A stretch of DNA of 64,000 nt. Source: Camelus dromedarius. Lineage: Eukaryota. The position numbers and the translations under genes are program-made. The stretch is taken from positions 94,738,001 to 94,802,000 of the forward strand of contig NC_087436.1 in the NCBI RefSeq assembly GCF_036321535.1, in the 5' to 3' direction. Positions 1 to 30,800 of the stretch are shown here, in pieces. Below the pieces are notes generated by a model. It had not been told where the DNA came from, searched no databases, and worked only from the letters and a program-made list of their open reading frames with translations. The stretch's first letter is position 1, and each line of letters opens with the position of its first letter.

Positions 1-173
1 AAAGCAGAGAAACAGATAAAAGGAGAACTGCTCTGATGTGGAGCAGAAGGAAGTAGGAGACCCAGGGCCCTGTTTGAACCTCCCACTCATTCTCTTTTTC
101 ACAGATTGACATACCACCAGAGAAACTTAAAGCTCCACAAAACATAATCTGAAAATAATTGGCCTACCTCAAG

Positions 174-616
174 CAGTTCTCAAACTTTTTGTTCTCAGGT
201 CTCCTTTATACATCTAAAACTTGAAGACCCCCAAAAGTTTTTTCATATTAATTATATCTATTGGTATTTACCCTATAAGAAATGAAAACGGATAAATTAT
301 AGAAAACACATCAATTCCTTCAAATTAACAATAATAAATTCATTTTATGTTAACATAAATAGCATACTTTATGAAAAATTACTTCTAAGTAAAAAATTAG
401 CAAGAAGATTGGTATTGCTTTACATTTTTGTAAATCTATAATATATGCCTCGATCTGTTACAATATCACATGTCATACAGTCTCTGGAAAATTCCACTGT
501 ATGCTTATAAGAGAATAAGAGTGAAAAAGGTGACATATTAGTATTATCATAAAAATATTTTGCCTCCTGGATCTCCTGAAAAGGTCTCAGAGACTGTTAG
601 CACAATTTGAGAACTG
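174..616. mobile_element. Non-autonomous hAT/Charlie-like DNA transposon relic
   Basis: Perfect 11-bp inverted ends cagttctcaaa (174..184) and tttgagaactg (606..616); the interior resembles Charlie-type MER elements. Confidence 0.65.
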
Positions 617-950
617 TTGTCATATATACAGAAGCTCATTCTAATGAATATTGATATTCTGATTTAATTTCTGAGAAACTATTGTCTGTTTTAAAGATTA
701 TGATTATTATCAAAATATTAACAAAGAATGTGAAGTCAATACTAGGTAGAAAAATGTTGAATTCAACATAAAGAGAATAATAATAGAAAAGTAGCTTTTA
801 TTAGAAAGCCAACTGTAATAGGAAATTTAAATCTATGTATATGTCAAGTTCAAAAAGATACCTCTATTATAGTATTTGTCACATGTATGCAATGACATAT
901 TCAGTTATCTCTACTAGCCTATGAGCTTTGGAAGAAGGAATTGGGTCTTT

Positions 951-1253
951 AAAAACTTTAAGTATAGTTGATTTACAATGTTTCAGGTGTACAGCAAAGT
1001 GATCCAGTTATAGATATATATACATTTATAAATATGTATTTTTTCAGATTTTTCCATTATAGATTATTACAAGATAGTGAATATAGTTCCCTGTGCTATA
1101 CAGTAGATCCTTATTGACTATCTATTTTATATACAGTAGTGTGGATCCGTTAATCACAAATTCGTCCCTCCCTTGCCCCTTTCCCCTTTGGTAACCATAA
1201 ATTTGTTCTCTATATCTGTGAGTCTATTTCTGTTTTATAAATAAGTTCATTTG
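951..1253 (-). mobile_element. 5'-truncated L1 3' end with TSD
   Basis: LINE terminus aagtatagttgatttacaatg...; flanking direct repeat aggaattgggt(c/t)ttt at 936..950 and 1254..1268. Confidence 0.8.
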
Positions 1254-1729
1254 AGGAATTGGGTTTTGATCCACTTCGCATCTCCGGTCTCTAGGATAAT
1301 GTCTAACACACAACAGGCACTAACTGTTGGATAAATGAATTTAATTGCATAGAATGTAAAAACCTCTACATATCTTATCATACATTCTACAATCCACAGC
1401 AAACGTGTTTAATCGACATTCAACAGCTTTCTAGTTGTCATCATGCTCCTATCAAGAAATCTATCATCTATATGGTATTTTAATGCACCTTTATAAATTT
1501 CCAATCACTTTAATGATTTATCCTAAAATGGTCTTTAATTTCAAGTACAGATTATATCACTTGTTGTAATTCTTAATTTATTAAGACCAGTTATGATTTT
1601 CCTTTTTTCTTCTTAGATTTGAGGTTTAATATGATCTTCTAGTGGGGAAAGAGGAACAGAACTGTTCGCCACATTAAAAGTGGAAGGCTCCATACGTTAA
1701 TTTTACTCTTTCTTATACACGGCACTTAC

Positions 1730-3010
1730 ATCTTGCATGCTCTCTGCTATACATCACGCACGGACATCTCAGATCCTTAATTTGGCAGGAGTATCAGGAA
1801 AATGTGTCTGGAGGGCGTGGCTGTCCCGCTTCTCCACCCAGGGATCAGGGCGGGGACCACTAACTAGTCCAGTCATGATGGGATTCAGTAGCCTCCAGAC
1901 GTGAGGCGCCTCCTTCCCAGAAGCGGCCGGTCGGACGTAAAGTGACTAAACCCTGGGCCGCCAGCCCGGAGGCTGCGGTAGATCTAGGAGCCTAGAAGGG
2001 CGTGGGAGTGGAGTGGGCCGCTGGCAGCGGATCGACTGGGTCTAGGGAGCCGAAAGTCGAGGCCAGCCCTCTAGGTTGCTGGAGAGACCGGAAAGGGGGC
2101 GGGGACCTTCCGGTCCCCTCGGGACGCAGCCCGCCCAGTACCTTCGTACCCCTGGCGCGCACGCGGCACCTCCTCAGCGCCGACTGTCAGCCAGAACAGG
2201 GATACAGGGAGGGAAGCGGGGGGTCAGACGGCAAGACCGGGGCTCGGACCACAGGGTACTACTGACTGACCGAGACGGTCCCGCTGACCCAGGCCCTGTC
2301 CTTGGCTGACTGCTGCGCACGCAGTTCCACCCAGCGCCACTCGCGGCAGGGGCGGGGCTGTGAGCTGGCCCGAACGGATTTGCCCAAGCTCGGCCGGCGG
2401 GCGGGGCCTGACTCCTCCCAGCCACGGCTAGCCACGCCCCCATATCCACGCCCCTGGGCCCGCAGGAAATAGGGGCGGGCCGCGGGCCTAGCGTGGCGGG
2501 AGGTGGAGCAGGGATGCGGCTGAGGCCAGAGTCCAGGAGGGCCTGGCTGCAGGGGAATGAAGCCTCCGCCTTCTTGGGTAGAATCCTTTAAATACGGGCT
2601 TGGGCCCAGGACTCGGGGTGCGGCGCCTGGGAGCCTTAGAGGGGCGTGCGGTGAGGGCAGATCAGACCGAGCAGGGCGCGAGTGCAGAAGCTGCGGCTGC
2701 GCGGCCCAGAGCGAGGAGCTGTCCGAGCCGTCGGAATAGGAGCGGTCGGTGCTTGGTCGTAGGTAAGCGCCTTTCCCAGGCTGGCCCAGCCGCCCCGTGG
2801 GGATGCTCCTGGGTCCCGGCGGGATGTGCAAGGAGCCAGGGGGGTGTGCGCGCAGCTTCCATTCGCGCCTTGCGCTCGGTCCCGGGCTTCCAATCTCACG
2901 ACCCTCGTCTCCTCTTCTGGGTTCTGGGCGGGAATCGTCTTTTGGATCTGCTGCCCAGGAGGAGGGCTAGCTTGGCTTTTTATTCAAGACTCGCGAGTTT
3001 TCCAATCGCT
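1730..3010. promoter_or_regulatory. UGDH CpG-island promoter with multiple GC boxes
   Basis: Sharp rise in GC and CpG content; GGGCGG boxes near 1847, 2097, 2350, 2399 and 2473; TTTAAATA at 2587..2594. Confidence 0.85.
2620..2762 (+). other. UGDH: UGDH non-coding exon 1 (5' boundary approximate)
   Basis: Strong donor TAG|GTAAGC at 2762/2763 inside the CpG island. The first coding exon has only 7 nt of UTR after its acceptor (5919..5925), so an upstream exon is required. Confidence 0.75.
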
Positions 3011-5611
3011 TCTCTTTCTATTTTTCCCCACTTTCCTACTTAAAACAAATGAGATTTCCCTGGCGCCTCTGAAACCCAAATATCCACCATAGGAAGTGGT
3101 CTTCTGGTTGGGGACCCCATTTTGGTCTCAGAATCGAAGTCTTTTGTTTGTGTTTGGGGTCTGCTCACATGGAGGGCTGCTGTTTTCCTCACGTCATTGG
3201 CCGCCCTAAAGAAACTAAAGAGAAAGTGAACCAGAGAGCCCTTTTAGGGCGAAATCCTAAGACATTGATTCTATCGTGACATCTGTATGAGCTGTCTTGG
3301 AATGCTTTGTTGGCCACCACACCGTATAAATGGCTTTATTTCATGTTAGGGAAGGCCTTTCTTGCGTTTTCAGGAGATCATGCTGTGTGAAACCTTGAAA
3401 AATTATACCTCTTTATATACAGGAAGATAATGGAGTAAGGTTGAGAATTTTGGTATATGAAAAAGGGGGATTCACTGAGAGGGAGCTTTTCAGGGATATA
3501 CAGAGGAGTAGCTGTTCATTGACTGCCCTCAAAGACACAGTGAGCCTTTGAGTTTCGTCAAATCCCCTAAGAAATGGACAACAGTAGTCTGGTCTGTTTC
3601 TTGGGGGTGAGGGGGATGGGGAGGTAGGTGGGAGGGGCTGTTCTGGAAATGAAAGATCTTACTGTCTTCTCTGAGACGTGCTTTTCAGTACCCAGCATCT
3701 AGTCTAAGGTAAGTGGTAGACAACCGTTACTGAAAGGATTTCATTTCTTCTCCCATTGCTGTACTTATTTCTCTAACATAAAATCTATAATTAATAAGCA
3801 TACTCCATCTTCTGTCTTGCCATTTCCACAGCTTTACATGGTACCCTATAGATAATAAGGTTAACAGATTTTCTTACTGATTGAATATTTTTCCTCTGTC
3901 AGTCATCTGTTACTGTTTAATTTTTGGAAATATCTAAGATGATGTGTGAAGTTGATGTATCCAGCCATAAGGTCTGTTGCCTTAGCTACTGGATAATTAG
4001 TTTTGGAACAGCCTGGTTTGCTGTGACTTTCCCAAAACGCAGAGGTAAAAAAACTCATTTCAAACTGACTTATTCAGTGAGCAAATATTCCCATTTCCCT
4101 GACAGCACAGTAGAGGGTCAGAAGGTACATAAAAGCAGAAATTGAAAATGAAATCAGAAGAGACTGTGTTGGGCAAATTATTTATCACTAACACTGTATC
4201 AAGCTCCATGTTAAAGCTTATTGGAGGTTTTGTTGAAACTCCCAAGTGGCAGTTTATTCAGACCTGCACAGATTGTACATCTAGCTTCTTCAGTAATTTC
4301 CCCATTGTCATCTGCAAGTTCATACTTCATGTGAAATAGCAACTTGGGGATAACCGAAAAAGTGGAGGGTAGCAAAGTAGACAGGAATGGGGTAGGCGCA
4401 AGTCTGAGTGTTTACCTTGTTATACAGATTTAATTTTTGAATCGTGAATTATTACTTATTCAAAACAAAAATAAATTTTAAATATTTCTTTATGCATTTA
4501 TCACAAAGAATATTGCTTTCTTTCAGGGACTCAATTAGATCCCATATTTTGTTCATACTTACTATTTTACTAAAATTCCATTTTTTAATAGTTATAAAAA
4601 GTCATTAGAGATCAGACTGTGAGTTGATATCTGCAAATCATGGCTATGAAAGATTAATTTATAAGCCAGATTACTTGTTTGTTAATACAGACCGGGAACC
4701 TCAAGTGGGTTGGTCAGCTCATTCTCTTCCGACAGGGAAGTCTGCCCAGAGAACCAATGAAGATTAGAACATTGCTTAATACATGCCAAAGGGAATTGGA
4801 TCATCTTAATTCTGTACTTCGTGTATCTTCTTTCATAATAGGGATATACTTGCTAGGCACTGTAATTAGATCCTGCCTTCCAGAGTACCTTCTCTGATCC
4901 GTGCAGGAATATACTAACAAATTCTTAAACTCGCTGATTGCCATTTTCCTTCTCTTTGGAATCCATGAATGGGTTAGATCAAATGATGTCTGAGATTGGA
5001 TTTAGTTTTTGGCAAGGACTAAAATTCTAAGAATCTGAACAGTTTGACAATTCTTGTTCTCATTACCGAATAAACTAACGTTCTTAGTATAACTCAGTCC
5101 CTTGTCACTCTGATTAGTGTGAATCGGTTCACCTAATGGCTTTTGAAAAACCTATCAAAATCTATGTAACAGCTTTGCTAACTACAAAAGTTACTTTCCT
5201 TTAACCATCTTATGGTTTCTGATTAAAGTTGAGATAGAATTTAAGATCATTGTCAAGAACCTGAAAATAAATCGCTGAAGCCAAATTGTGTAGGGAATAT
5301 AATCTCAGAGGCCAATTCTGGACTTTGGAACTAATCTTAAAACCGATTATTTTAGTCTAAACCTATCATAAAGCTGACCTTTGTGTACTAGCATTTATTT
5401 AAGCTCGAATTGCATTGGTGTGTTCACCCTTGAATTTTCCCTCAGCAATCAAAGTTACCCTAATGTGTTAGAAGACTAAGTAAGGTTCTATTTTGCTTCT
5501 TGACTTTCTGAATTATAATCTTTGTGACTCTTCTCCAGTAATACCAGTTACAATAATTTTTTCCATGTTTCATGCTAGTACAGCTGAAAACAGGCTAGGT
5601 CATCCAGTTTT

Positions 5612-5749
5612 TGTTATTGTTGTTGTTGTTGTTTTGTGGAGGGAGTTAATTAGGTTTATTTATTTATTTATTTAAATGGAGGTACTGGGGATTGAACCCA
5701 GGACCTCATGCATGCTGAGCATATACTCTACCACTGAGCTATACCCTCC
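5612..5749 (-). mobile_element. tRNA-derived SINE (camelid Vic-1-like)
   Basis: The - strand reads gggtatagctcagtggtagag (A box)...gggttcaatcccc (B box), then (taaa)n and an (aac)n tail. Confidence 0.85.
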
Positions 5750-5841
5750 TTCTATTTTTTAAATCATTGCTTTCATAAATCTTATTGAGTGTCAATATAG
5801 GAAATCTTTCCAGATATTTGTCACCTTGACAGTTTTTATAA

Positions 5842-23088
<17,247 letters not shown>

Positions 23089-24291
23089 ACATTGCCATTT
23101 TTATCTGTAATTTTTTTTGGTACTTTAGGATAGCAAATATTTATCTGATATTCAGTGGTAAATGAACCAAGTGCTTTTAAGGAAACAAAACTATTTTTTT
23201 AATAATCACATTTATACTAGTTGTATGGGAATTAGCGTATCTGGTAATTATGAAACTAGAATTTTTTTACATATTTTTATAATATTGTTACCTCAGTGAT
23301 TGGATGAGTAGAAAATAATCATGTTGGTTTTAATGGTGTTGATTTTTGTGAAATTAAACTTTAAACACTTTTTACTTTATAAAATGTCTTTAGGCAGCAG
23401 TTTAATATCACATTTTAATGGGAACGGCACTCTTGTTTTTCTGATCATCGGTTTATTTACTTGTCATTAAATACGTATTTTAAACCATAAAATTGCTATG
23501 TTAAATACTAAGCTACACCTGTTGACTTTTCCAAAGTGTCAGGGAAATTTAGAGATTTCTGGATTAATTGAGTGAGGTGGCCTCCACTGCCATTTCTTGT
23601 CTCTCTGAACTTAGAAGGATGCAGTGGACAGAATGAGGTCCAACTTTTCCCCCCTGTGCTTCCACATTAGAAGTGACCCTACAAGTATCATTTGGTTATT
23701 GTTCCTTTGCTCCTTTTGTTTTAATGAACTGCATCGTTTTTTTTTCTCAGTCCAAAAAGATCATCACTGCCCATTTCCAATCAATCAGTAAGACTAAAAG
23801 GCAATTTTTTTAACATGAGAAGATCATGTGGTGAAATGAAAATTTACTTCAGTCCTCTTCACTTCTCATTTATCCTCACAGATCATTAGTTTTTTGGTCC
23901 AAGAGCCAAAAATATGTGTTACCTTTACTTTGCATTTTATTCCTGTAATTCACTGCAGTTTCCCCCTTTGCCTTTAAGTAATAAAAACAGTATAATCTCA
24001 TATATAAACTTAAAGAAGTAGATATTACAAGTTATGTATGGCATAATCCTGAAATAAGAAATTTTGTGTTTTCATCTGCTTTTTTTCTTGTCTCTTGTTG
24101 ACTTTGATTTTCTCTTGTGTTTATCATTATTGAAATATGTCAGATGTCCCTTTGATGCTTGTGCTCCGCTGAGAGTGTACAAATTGTATTAAACAGATGC
24201 AAGTCTCATCCTTTAGGAATTTTGAGGTTCAATAAGAATCTAGAGAGATAAAGATGAGGACAGAGACATCTGTACAGATATCAAATACATA

Positions 24292-24297
24292 AATAAA
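24292..24297 (+). terminator. Probable distal UGDH polyadenylation signal (another AATAAA at 23980..23985)
   Basis: AATAAA followed ~20 nt later by a GU/U-rich tract (tgtgtgggtgtatttttt). Confidence 0.55.
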
Positions 24298-27271
24298 ATA
24301 CTCTGTATCAGCCACTGTGTGGGTGTATTTTTTGTCTAGTACATGTAACTAATGAGTCATGACAGTCTGACATTAAATAGGAAAATATCACTCCTTACTT
24401 TTTTGAGAAAAGGGCATTACATTGTTCTTTTAAATGATGCAAGAAAGGGAGGGAATTTAGCAAATAGACTAGGTATCAGCAAATTAAAGCTCATGGGCCA
24501 AATCTAGCTAACTGCCTGTGAGCTAAAGATGTCTTTTACATTTTTACATTTCATTTTAAGTGGTTATATAAATTGCTATCTGGCCCTTTAAGACAAAAGT
24601 TTGCAGACCAGAGAACCAGAAGCAAAACACCAGAAAGAGACAAACACCAGAGTATTTGAACATAGATGAGCCATAAGACTTTGAAGTGAGGATAAGCTTA
24701 TTAGTTAGAATTTGCTTTACATTTCTGCTTGAAAATATTCTTGTATTCTGTTTAATAACCTTATATTAAAGGGATTATAACCCAAAGATGTCTTGCCTAA
24801 AGGAGATAAAATTAGGCACTGGTTTTAAGTTGCAGGATCTGTCAGTGCCTAGGATTGATAAGTAAATAGTTATGCGTAAAATATACTAATTAAAAGGTAG
24901 GAGAATTGGTAACTGAGGGAAAATACAAAAGACATTTCATAGAGCCATGTAAACTGGCTATAATGGGGGAAAAAAACCCCAGTAACTGGGCAGGTAACTT
25001 AAACAGCAATTTGAGGCCTTTGTGTGAAAAGTTGAAAGAAGATGGTTAGCCTTGTTTTCCCCTATTAAGGAAATTAAAGACCGTGTGTTTTTAAAAGTTG
25101 ATACAAGATATCTATTTTTATTAGCTAATATTTTATGTGAGATTATTAACTAGTACTTAAAATCAAAAATAATACATGGACATGGTTTTAAAAAATTCAA
25201 ATAGATACAAAAGGGTATGTAAGAAAGTAAAATCTCTCTCCTACAGTGTGTTCTCCAGAAATTATGTTATTCAACTTAAGACTTCCAGCTTTAAATCCTG
25301 ATTGCATTACTTATTAGCAAGTGATATCTTGGCTAAGTTACCCAAAAGCCTTATTTTCCTCATCTATAAAATAGAGATAATTCATCCCTAACTCAAAGTT
25401 GTTATGTGGATTACATGAGATCAATGTTTACACAAAGATCTTACTGGCAATGGCTGGCAGGTGATGGACACTCCTGTTAGGCACTATAAAAGCTGGTCCC
25501 ACTAACCCAGAGCCACATGTAGGCTCTGGAATCACTGAGTACAGTAATTAACACAGACTTACAGGGCAGGCACTCTGCTGAGCCCTTTAGGTGCACCTTC
25601 TCATCTATTCCTCATGTAAGGCCTTTGACTGGAGTTTAGGAAACAGTAGTAGGTGATGTATTTTAATCAGTAACACTAAACAGTGTTCATTTTCAGATGG
25701 AGGGCAGAAGGCTAGAAAGATTAAGTAACGTGCTCAAAGTCTCAACAGATGAAGTAGGAGCTTTTCTTACCTGAAGTTGAAAGCATCCTAATTTCAGAGG
25801 TATTACTACAGGGAGCAATGAGGCCTTAAGCAGGCTGACAGGATAGCATCCCAGGGGAAGAATCAGATGACGGATAAGGTAAAACAGCATAAGCAGCAGC
25901 TGAGAAGGACGTGAGTACATGCCCTTCCCCTCCCCGCCTCCCCCGGGACTCCCACCTACTACAAAGGGGTCTGAGGTTCTGCAGGGGTCTAGGGATGGGG
26001 AAGAGCAAGGAGGGTTCCAGACAAACTACTGAAAATAAGGCCTAGTTTCCTATGTAAATTCACTTGTTCTCACGTTTGAGACTATTTCAAATCGGGTGTC
26101 TGTGTACCCACTATAAGGCAGATGCTGTGAGGTGCTAGGAAATGGAGGGCATAGATGAATGACAGCAATCTTGCAGAGACGCTAAGACACATGAGCAAAT
26201 ATGAAAATAGCCATAAATGCCATGTGGGTACAAAGGTAGTTTACTCCTGCCAAGGAAAACAGGAAGACTTCCTGGAGACAGGTTGGTATTTGAGATGTGC
26301 CTTTATAATAGACATGACCTTAGCAGGGAAGGGTGGGTCAAAAGAGCAGTCTGTGTCAGAAGCAATGGGAGCAAAAAGATGTATGCAGGAAAATTCAGAC
26401 TGGTTCTAGGGAAAAGCAAGTTGCTTTTTTGCTTGGAATTGAAGGGACCATGAAGAGGAATAGCTGGGGAAGACTGGAAGTTTAGACTAAGGAGAGACTG
26501 TAGAAAGCCTTGAACTTCAGGCTAAAGTTTGGGCTTCATTTAATTGTCAAAATGGAGATACCAGTGGTTACACAACATGGTGAATATACTTAATCCTACT
26601 GAAGTGTATACTTTAAAATGATTAAAATGATAAATGGAATCACTGAAGGTTTTCATTTTAAAATATACTTTCTTAAAAAAAAAAGATATTAACTTAGTTA
26701 CACTAAAGAGACTGAAACTAGCTTTCCAGAGCTTGCAGCCCCAAACTAGATGTTACCATCTAGTTTATTCATACACTGGCACTGTATTAAAGTTTTAGAC
26801 CAAAAACACAGGAAGAACTACATCATTAGTGCCAGTCTTGAAAAATAATACTTCTAAAGGACCTTTAAACTTCAGAGGATAGGTTGGATACAGTGCCCTC
26901 TTGCTCCCTTCCTCCCTTCCTTTTCCCTGAATATAGGTCAGAGACTACTCATTGTAGACATGCATTTACAATACACCGCTAGTAACATGGGAGATTATTT
27001 TAGGTGAATATACATTTTTCTTAATTTTAATAGGTGTTAATTTTAAAGGCATTAGAATAAACATGCTTACTAATTACATTAGTTAGTATTTAAACTTGGC
27101 TGCTCAATAGAGACTAAAAAGATAAGTGTCTTAAACAGAACAGAAATGTATTTCTCTCACACATGGAGGTCCAGGGCACTTCCGTAGTCACCAGGGGCTC
27201 AGGCTTCTTTACCTGGGCTCTGCCACCATTGACACAAGTCTCTTATCTCACAGTTCAAGATGGCTGCTCCA

Positions 27272-27820
27272 GTTTGGTGCAGCCATTATGGAAAACAGTA
27301 TGGAGGTTCCTTAAAAAACTAAAAATGGAATTACCATATGATTCAGCAATCCCAATCCTGGGCATATATCAGAGGAGATGCTAATTAAAAAAGACACATG
27401 CACCCCAATGTTCACAGCAGCACTATATATAATAGCCAAGACATGGAAGCAATCTAAATGTCCATCAACAGATGACTGGATAAAGCCATTGTAGTATGTA
27501 ATATACACACACACACACATATATAATACACACACACACACAATGGAATACTATTCAACCATAAAAAATAAAATAATGCCACTTGCAGCAACATGGATGG
27601 ACCAAGAGATTGTCATAATAAGTGAAGCCAGAAAGAGAAAGAAAAATACCATATAATATCAATTATATGTGTAATCTAAAAAACCCAATCAATCAAACAA
27701 ACAAAAAAACCCAACACAAATGAACTTATTTACAAAACAGAAACAGATTCACAGACGTAGAAAACAAACTATAGTTACCAGGGTGGGAAGGGGAGGGTGG
27801 AGGGATAAACTGGAATATTG
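27272..27820 (+). mobile_element. L1 ORF2 C-terminus/3'UTR fragment containing a (CA)n tract
   Basis: Translates [32 protein letters not shown] (L1 ORF2 C-terminus); CA repeat at ~27505..27541. Confidence 0.88.
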
Positions 27821-30800
27821 GTGTGAAGGCCAGAGGAGGAGGCACACCCAGCAGGACAGCAGAAGCTCTACCCAAAAGGAGGTGGGAGAGGGGCACACGC
27901 TAGGGCCTTAACCCTAAGTCTTTAACTTGAACAGTCAACCTTCTCATCTCACCACCTCAGAGGCACAATGACTTATATCCTGGCATTTACACCCATGTGA
28001 CTACATTTCCCAGCCCTCAGGGTCAAGGGGAAAAAAGGTAGGTGGGAGTAGGGGAGGGTTCTTTGCTAAAGAAACTGATTCAGCTGTTTAGGGAGAACTA
28101 CAGCAATAAGTACAGTTCTGCACCAAAACAAAGCCTTATGCATTCTAAGTCCAACACTAGCTATCTTCAAGTTTGCCCTAAAGCAAAGCCAGCAAGTCAG
28201 AGCACTGTCTGGACTGTTGGTCATCTGTGTTGAATTAACCATATGCACTATTTTCATTCTCTCTGAACTTTCCTAAAATGGCACTAAAGGAATAAGAAAG
28301 CTATAAACTGACAAGGACAAAAAATGGGAAAGGAGGCACCGGTAGAAGAGAAATGTCCACCAATTTTCAGAAGGTGGAGAGCAATGGAAAGCTAAGTAAC
28401 TTATTATAAAGAAAAGCAAGCAGAAACTCCAGTGCTCAGACAAGGAACTGCCTTCTGGATGTACGTAATTGGCCCCTTAGAAGATCCCAAGAATTGGAGG
28501 CACCACATACCACAAGAGGTGGGGTTTAGGTGTGGGCCTAAAAACAGGGGACTTTGATAGAAGATTGTACAAGGAAGAGTCAAACGCACCCAAGTCTCTA
28601 CCCTACCCCACACCAAGAAACTATCTTTCCCACTCCTTACTCTCATGGGACATTAGAGGTTTACTTTCAGGAGGAATAGAATCAGAAAGCTTCGGACTTG
28701 GGGAGGGTGTTGTTCCCTGGAAAGAAGGGAACAAAATAAAAGCCTGCATACTGAACAGAGACCCACACACCCCTACCCTCTTGCTTTTACTCATTTGGCT
28801 CTGAGAAAGCCAGAAGCCAAGTTTATAACACTCAAGGCAGAAGACTTGAGGATTATAATTATTATTTTGAAAACTCGAATGACTTTAGGGAAATAATTCT
28901 GACATTTGGGAATCACTCATTGAGAAACCCAGCTCACCCCCTAAACACTCTACAGTGAAACTCTATCAGTTACATAGCCCTTCCACCCCAGCTTCCAAAC
29001 AGCTTTGGAGTGGCTCATCACTTAGTGTGAAAGTGCACAGCCACGGAGTTGAAGGAAAGCCTTCAACACAAAAGGCAGAGACTAAAACAAACAAAGGAAA
29101 CAGAGACAATGCTCAATGCAAAAAACCACAACTTCAAAACACTAATTATCCTTAGAGAGAAACGGAAGAACCTGTAGCCATGAAACAAGAACAGGATGCT
29201 ATTTAAAAAAAAAAAAAAAAGAATAATCAGAGAAGAGCTCTTGAAAATTAAGATGTAGTGGTCAAAATTTTAGCAAGAGAATGACTGTCGAATGAAATTT
29301 TCACAGAAGCCCAGTAAAAAATAATTAAAATGGTATTTTATTAGCACAAACATCTGTTAAAATATGTGTGCGCAGCTTCTGAGTGGCTGGGAGTGCCCAG
29401 GGGGTGAAGGGCACGTACTCACATCCCTCTCAGCTGCTGCTCCTGCTATTTTGCTCTACTCACATTCCAAATCTTTCTTTGGGTGTTATTTTTCACTCTT
29501 TTGCTCATGTTTCTTAATGTAATAATAGTGATACTATCTCTAAAAGTCAAGATGCTTTCGGCTTCAAGCAAGAGAAACTCCTATTCAAACTGGTTTCATT
29601 AATAAAGATATTATTTCACCAAATAGGAACTGGGTGTCAGGGCTGGCTGATTCAGTGGTTGGAGAGGGGACAGGGACCCCTGTACTAGTCAATTTCTTAA
29701 AAACCATGCACATTTGTCACTTTCACTTTCTTAAAAATGCCATTTGTGCTACAGAAAGAAAAAGATCAGATGTACTGAAATGGGCACATGCCAAATTTGA
29801 ACACATTGGAGACCACTGATGCATTAACTTGTGCTGCCCAATCAAGAAATTTTGTATAGGCCTCCTGCCATGTCTGTGCATCAAAATGCACTTCTTAATG
29901 CATCATTGTTGAGGAAGGTCAAAGCACTACCTTTGCCTTTTCAAATTCGAGCCTGTCCATTCTTACGCAGTAGTGCAAGGGACAACACCTCTACAGCACA
30001 TGTTCACCACACTCAAAGGTCCAGCAAGACCCAGGCAACTGGTCACATATTCTAGTCTTGGTATAATGGTCAGTTATGCAATAATGAATGGATGCACAAC
30101 AAATTCTGGAGATACTATGTTGGATTCCACTTTGAATATTTCCTGCTAAGCCTCTTTCAGGTTTTTGGATTAAATTTAATTGGGGAGTATCCTGAGATTG
30201 CTAGATGTTTTAATTTCTTAAAAATTTACCAATATTTACTAATTTACTGATACTTAGCTGCATCAGTCAGAATTTTTCTCAACACTATGTAATCAAAAAC
30301 AAAAGGATAAGTAGACCACTGAGGTCTGACAAAGATGGTAAATGTCATCCATGACTCTCAATTTCACATTTGTATCAAAATAGCTTCATTGTATCATTCA
30401 TTATTTTTATGTATAGTTGTTACAAATCTGAATCTTTAACATACATTTGTGCTAATAAAATGCCATTTAAATTATTTTACATTGGGATTCCATGAAAATT
30501 CCGTGTGACAAAATGATTTTTTTACTAAAATATTTCAATACCATTTGCCCACACTGTGCAAAATGAGGAAACATCAGATTATGTTACAAAACCAGTCTGA
30601 AAAGTAATCCATTTTTCCTGTAAAATAATAAATTTTAAGACGAGTAGTTGCTAGAGATGTTAAAATTTAAAGTTGATGGGGTTAATTTTACACAGTAAAA
30701 TTTATTAGGATCTATAAGGAAAGTGAGTCAGAGTATATATGGCTCTCCTGAGTTAAATTAAAAGATAGTTAATTTTCAGTTACACATTTTATTTTAAAAA

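Noticed and set aside
2002..3092. Cluster of overlapping ORFs up to 190 aa on both strands
   Set aside because: Stop-poor CpG-island sequence giving Pro/Gly/Arg/Ala-rich translations, several with non-ATG starts, and no recognisable domain.
5676..5749. tRNA-Ala-like sequences (five copies in the window)
   Set aside because: Diverged copies with tails and TSDs, so SINEs and not tRNA genes.
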